Below the pieces are notes generated by a model. The model made no database searches and had not been told where the DNA came from. It saw nothing but the letters and a program-made list of their open reading frames with translations. A DNA stretch of 64,000 bases from Anthoceros angustus (lineage: Eukaryota > Plantae > Anthocerotophyta), in the NCBI GenBank assembly GCA_010909165.1, contig MU008184.1:62001-126000 (forward strand), written 5' to 3'. The number at the start of each line of letters is the position of its first letter. Positions within the stretch are counted from its first letter, which is position 1. Of this stretch, positions 59,471 to 64,000 are shown piece by piece. A program made the position numbers and the translations under genes.

Positions 59471-61082
59471 CTGCAGATCCATGTTTACCAAAATTGCACA
59501 GTCAAAACTCAGATCTTCCGCATTTCTCCAGAAACACACATTTTGGCTGCAGGGGCTGTAGGTGCTCAATGTCGCATGCTATGGTTCGCTTTCGCAGGAT
59601 GTGGCATGGAATGGCAGCTCCCGGGGCTTCACAAGGTGAAGCACATGGACTAACGAGAACTAAGATGGGCAGCAGTATCCCATCACGGTTGTGCCTGACA
59701 CGCCTCTCCACCACTGGTTCCAGGAGTCGCTCACTCTGAAGCAGCTGGCGGGAAGGTTCAAGCCCATGGCTTTTGCGCCCGTTGGTCTGACGAAGGCCAT
59801 GTGCGACCCGGATGCCTACCATCCCCGACCAGGGCCGCTTCATCTATATCCCTCAACAGCCCTGGTGTCTCGGAGGCGCAAAGAAGCGATCCTGTCGTGC
59901 ATGCTTCAAGTTGAGCAGATGATAGACGCTTTGGAACAAGTCTTTAAGCTCTGGACTGCTTTCATCCAGACGTTTGTCCTGGTTTGTTGACTCAGACGGG
60001 AAGCAGGTGGGGATCGGATAGCGAGCAGGCGCCTCGATGAGCTGAGATTGCATGACTGCCGTGGCGAGTGCCCCATCTGCTGCTAACGTTTGCGGCTGAG
60101 CGGAAAGCTGAGGAGGATGAAGTTGACAAGGTCAAGGGCTCAAGGCTAATGAAAGCTATAGGCTTGAACCTGCCTTGTCCAGGCTCTTCAAGGCCTTGTC
60201 CATGGCTTTGAAGCTGGAGGTGAGCCTGGACAAGGCAGTAACTTTCACCGGCTCGGTGGGCGATGGATTGGCAGGGGAGAGCCGGGATGAGGGCTTCTCA
60301 AGGTTCTCCAACCTCCAGTACCAAAGCGGCTTCGTGAACAACCCGCTTGTTTGCCCCTACGGCCTATGTGCCGAGCAAATTTCCGGGACTGCCTTCACTG
60401 CCCCTTGAAAAGTGGATAAGCGAATTCAAACGCATGAGCACTTTCTTCCTTCAAGTTTGTGCGTCAATTTGCTGGAAGCGGATTCTGATGGTGGCTGAAT
60501 TTTGCTGGATCTGTGTTGCGTGAATCCCACTCAGCTACGCCGGACGCATGTTGATTTTCCAGAGACTCCCACAGACTTCATAGCCGGGATGATTACGGTT
60601 TGTGGAGTTGGTACTCCTGCTTGTCGGCATGGCTATGCTGTCCAGCTTGCACCGTTAGGTGAAACGATGAAGTTCTGGAGGAGGAAATGAAGGCTTTCTG
60701 GAGTTCTTGTTGTTTGACTTGACAATGTGCTGCTCGGATTCCTGTCTGGCTTTATAAATCGATGGAGAACTCAGCCTTCGCAAATGCCGGTGGTGACTTT
60801 CCCATCGTTCCACAACAAGGAAGGAAGGGCTGTGCCTCTCTGCCGGATTGTATAAGATGGAGGCTGAGGTTGTGGGCAGGTCATTGGCGTCTTCAGGAGA
60901 AGCATAGTCCTAGACTTTGTGTTGCCTCCAGGGTTGTATCTCGTAGCATACGGGAGTATCAGTCCAAGTCGTGAGAACCACGCCCGTAAGCCTTCCCGGA
61001 TCAATGGTCCCGAAGTAAGGCGAACCCTGTCCTACGTTAACTTTCCTCGACAATTGATAAATGTTACGCCACGTTACAAATG

Positions 61083-64000
61083 TCACTCTCCTAACCAGTC
61101 TGACTGTGGCTTCCTATCTCTGAACGTCCTGAATGCATCCGATTCCTGCGTGCCATCTGATTCAGCGGGGTAACTACTCTTGAGCCGGATCTCTCTCCGT
61201 TGATCCCTAAGGCCCCTGGCCAGCTTCGTGTAAGAGAAGGCCACGTCTTGCAACCTGAAACTAATCCCAGGGTTGGATGTTGCACTAGGCTGGAGAAAGT
61301 TTTGGATAGCCGCAGAACTAAGCCGGATTTTCCCCCACGTTCGACGTCTCTCGCATCGCAAACGCAGTCTCCTCAACAAAGCCATAACGGCTTGACCAGT
61401 CCTGTTCCAACCACCTGAGGAGGTTAGCAGGTACGGAGATAACTTGCAACCTTGAGTGTGGTGAAAGGGCACTCGCGTCTGCCAGCTCTTCAAAAACTTC
61501 AACAATGGAACCGAGCCAGGAAATGGAGACAGAGCCGTGGGGAGGGAGTTACCTGCCAAACACAAAGATCTTCTTGTTGTCGTTCTTTGCGATAAAAGTT
61601 TCCTTCCTCTCAGTCGGCAAGCAGATGATAATAGGCTGGATTTTTGCGCCTGAGGGCAAACATAATCAGCCAAAGCGCCGCTGCCATGGGACACAAACGA
61701 ACAAAAGCGGAGAAATACGTACCAGCCGCAAGTCGATGTTTCAGACCCTTCAGAACCGTTAGAATGCAGACCTGCTTGCATCCCCAGCATCACACCATTC
61801 AGTTCAAGTGCTCCACAAAACCAAGAGATGACGTGGGAGAGTAAAAATAAGGTCTGACAGGAGGCTTGCCTCAGCAACATATGGAGGCATATCCTCTGTT
61901 TGGACCACCAATGGCCCTGCAGTGTAAGAAAAATGTGGGACAACCCCTAAACCAGCAGCTTCCTGAACCAGCAAAAAAGAGACATAGTTAGTACACAAGC
62001 AGAGATCCACATTGACGCCAGTCGGGTTGCAGGTTCTAAGCAAAGCAGCATCACCAATCTCTTTCACCTCAAAAAGAGAGAGTGCACGGGGGTCGTAGAT
62101 CCTAGAGCCATCCAACATGGTATAGCTGGTAAATGTGTCCTCTTTCACTTGAGAGAACAGTCCCCCATTTTCTCCCCCGACACTAGTCCTGAACTCTGAC
62201 TCTGGGGTGCGTAAACATCCAAACAGTTGAGCAAGTGCGTAGATTGTAGGAACAATTCCTGCTGAGATAGTCTGCCGATAAATGGCAAGAGCCCAGGATG
62301 CCCTGAAAAAGACAACAGCTTGTTATCATGAATACCCTTCACAATGCACACAAGGTGACAGACAAGACATTCCTCCAGCGTATCTCAGTTGCATTTATGA
62401 ACAGGGCATAACGCACCATTGTTCATGAGCAGCTCCCTTGCACAAGTCTGCCTGAAGGGGTCCAAGGTGACAAGAAAATTCGGGCGCAGGTGCAGATGCC
62501 TGGACACGTCTCAAGCAAATGCCTAAGCGCTAAAAGGAAAATGTTAGAACATCAAATCAGTAACCTAAACCAATGGCAAACGGGTTGCCAGCAGTGAATG
62601 AATGACTGCCACAATAAATGTCTACACAGACCTGTGATACAGTCGCAAATGGTAAGACTTGGAGATAAGCCCTCAGACATCATGCTCATGTGGAGATCAA
62701 ATGCGTGCTCTGCTTCATTTGACCTGCCAATGGGATGTTAAAGCCGTGAATCTACAATTGTGAAACGTCTGACACAAGATAACAAGATGCAGTGCACACC
62801 TCCCACTTACCTTTTACACGCATTTAGTAAAATTGTGTACGTGATCTGATCAGGCGAGACTCCTGCATCCCGAATTTCCTTCAAAAGATCAATTGCCTTC
62901 AGCAAGAGCTTTCCGCTACCTGGATTGGGATGGGAAAATAACAAATTAATAATAAATTAAGGAAAAATCACAGAACTTGCATGAAACTCTAGGACCAGAG
63001 AATGTGGAGGTTTAGCATGAGAAGTGCACATACAGAGAGCGTTCATGAGAGCATTCAAAGTTGAAACAGTTGGAATCACTTCAGTCTTCTTCATCTCTTC
63101 ATAGACAACTAGGGCCTTGTCCCAATCCTTCATCTGCATCCCAGACGTGGATCAGGATGAGAACAAACAGGAAGGATCTTGTCAAACGTAGTGAAGAATG
63201 CGTCTTACAATGCTGCAGACACCCATCATCGCACTGTAGGCAGGAGGACCAGGTGTCATTGAGCTTTTCCTCATTTCCTCCAAGATACTGTAGGCTACAT
63301 CGATCTTCCTTGCTTGTCCAGCAACGTCAATCAAGGCACTGAAAAATACCTGTTGTTCACAAAAAGTCATATAGAAATCAGGCAACTGCTTCCTTCAACT
63401 CTTTACAAAGTACCTGAGCTGTCAAAGGTTGGCAAGAAGAACATGCTTGTTCGTCAAAATGCTCAGTACATCATCTGGCTTCACGCCCTTTGTTCGCAAG
63501 TCATTGAGCACTTCGAAAGCACCATCCACGTTTTTCGTGAGACTGTGCGCATGCACAGCTGCAGTGTAGACTTCAGGACTTCCAACAAATCCACCGTCAT
63601 GCATCATCTTGTATACTTCAAGTCCTCTGTCTACCTGCGAAATCCTTGTTTAGCTTCCTCACCACTAAACACTTCAAGAATGCAGATGCACATACAGCAA
63701 AATGCTGAGATCCGATTGGCCCTGACCTGTCCGGCACGAATGCAAGCGCAAATGAGTGCACCATATGTCACGTGATCAGGTTCGACCCTTGTGTCTTCAT
63801 TCTTCATGTCACTCAAGACATCAAATGCACGATCCACGGCTCCAGCACGGCCGCAGGCATTGATGAGGGAATTGAAAATGACAATATCCGGTTTCACATT
63901 CTGCACACCAAAGAGCACGACCATGAGGCAAGGCCAGATGGCAAAAACAGCCGGATCAGGTAGCTGTTGCTGACCTTTGAAAGCATGATCCCATACACTC
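61083..64000 (-). CDS. MRL1: Chloroplast PPR protein MRL1 (maturation of rbcL), 5' part beyond the window
   Basis: P-type PPR repeats (VKPDIVIFNSLINACGRAG, FSALIDVAG) plus the MRL1 C-domain YDPRALSLFE|EAAGLGVVP...PPYVAE..., GQAVMALLRRL, DQRREIR. Confidence 0.9.

Overview
Gene-dense nuclear DNA of a non-seed land plant. The compact introns (~70-130 bp, mostly GT-AG), the full four-module PHYLLO and the iota-like GST suggest a bryophyte, plausibly a hornwort; this assignment is inference. About 16 intact protein genes can be supported: PHYLLO (MenF-MenD-MenC-MenH, runs off the left edge), an oxidoreductase-like small protein, a serine carboxypeptidase-like protein, a DHHC S-acyltransferase, a SAM methyltransferase, RPL36a, PDX1, a secreted phage/T4-type lysozyme-like protein, an At2g15860-like protein, a mitochondrial At2g27730/P2-like protein, an ARM-only protein, a universal stress protein, TOP3B, a PUB17-like U-box ligase, an iota-like GST and the PPR protein MRL1 (runs off the right edge). 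Also present are a DUR3 urea-transporter pseudogene, two degenerate tRNAs (Pro, iMet) and several repeat- or TE-rich intergenic islands (about 13.7-18.7, 23.9-25.3, 28.4-32.6 and 46.4-49.8 kb). The most notable observation is the intron-containing, signal-peptide-bearing GH24-like lysozyme at 33003-33999, which keeps the catalytic Glu and Asp but has Arg at the T4 Thr26 position. Next most notable are the intact MenF-MenD fusion with a long insertion in MenH, an ARM-only paralog of the nearby U-box ligase, and a perfect 59-bp palindrome. All family assignments come from recalled motifs; no database search was run.
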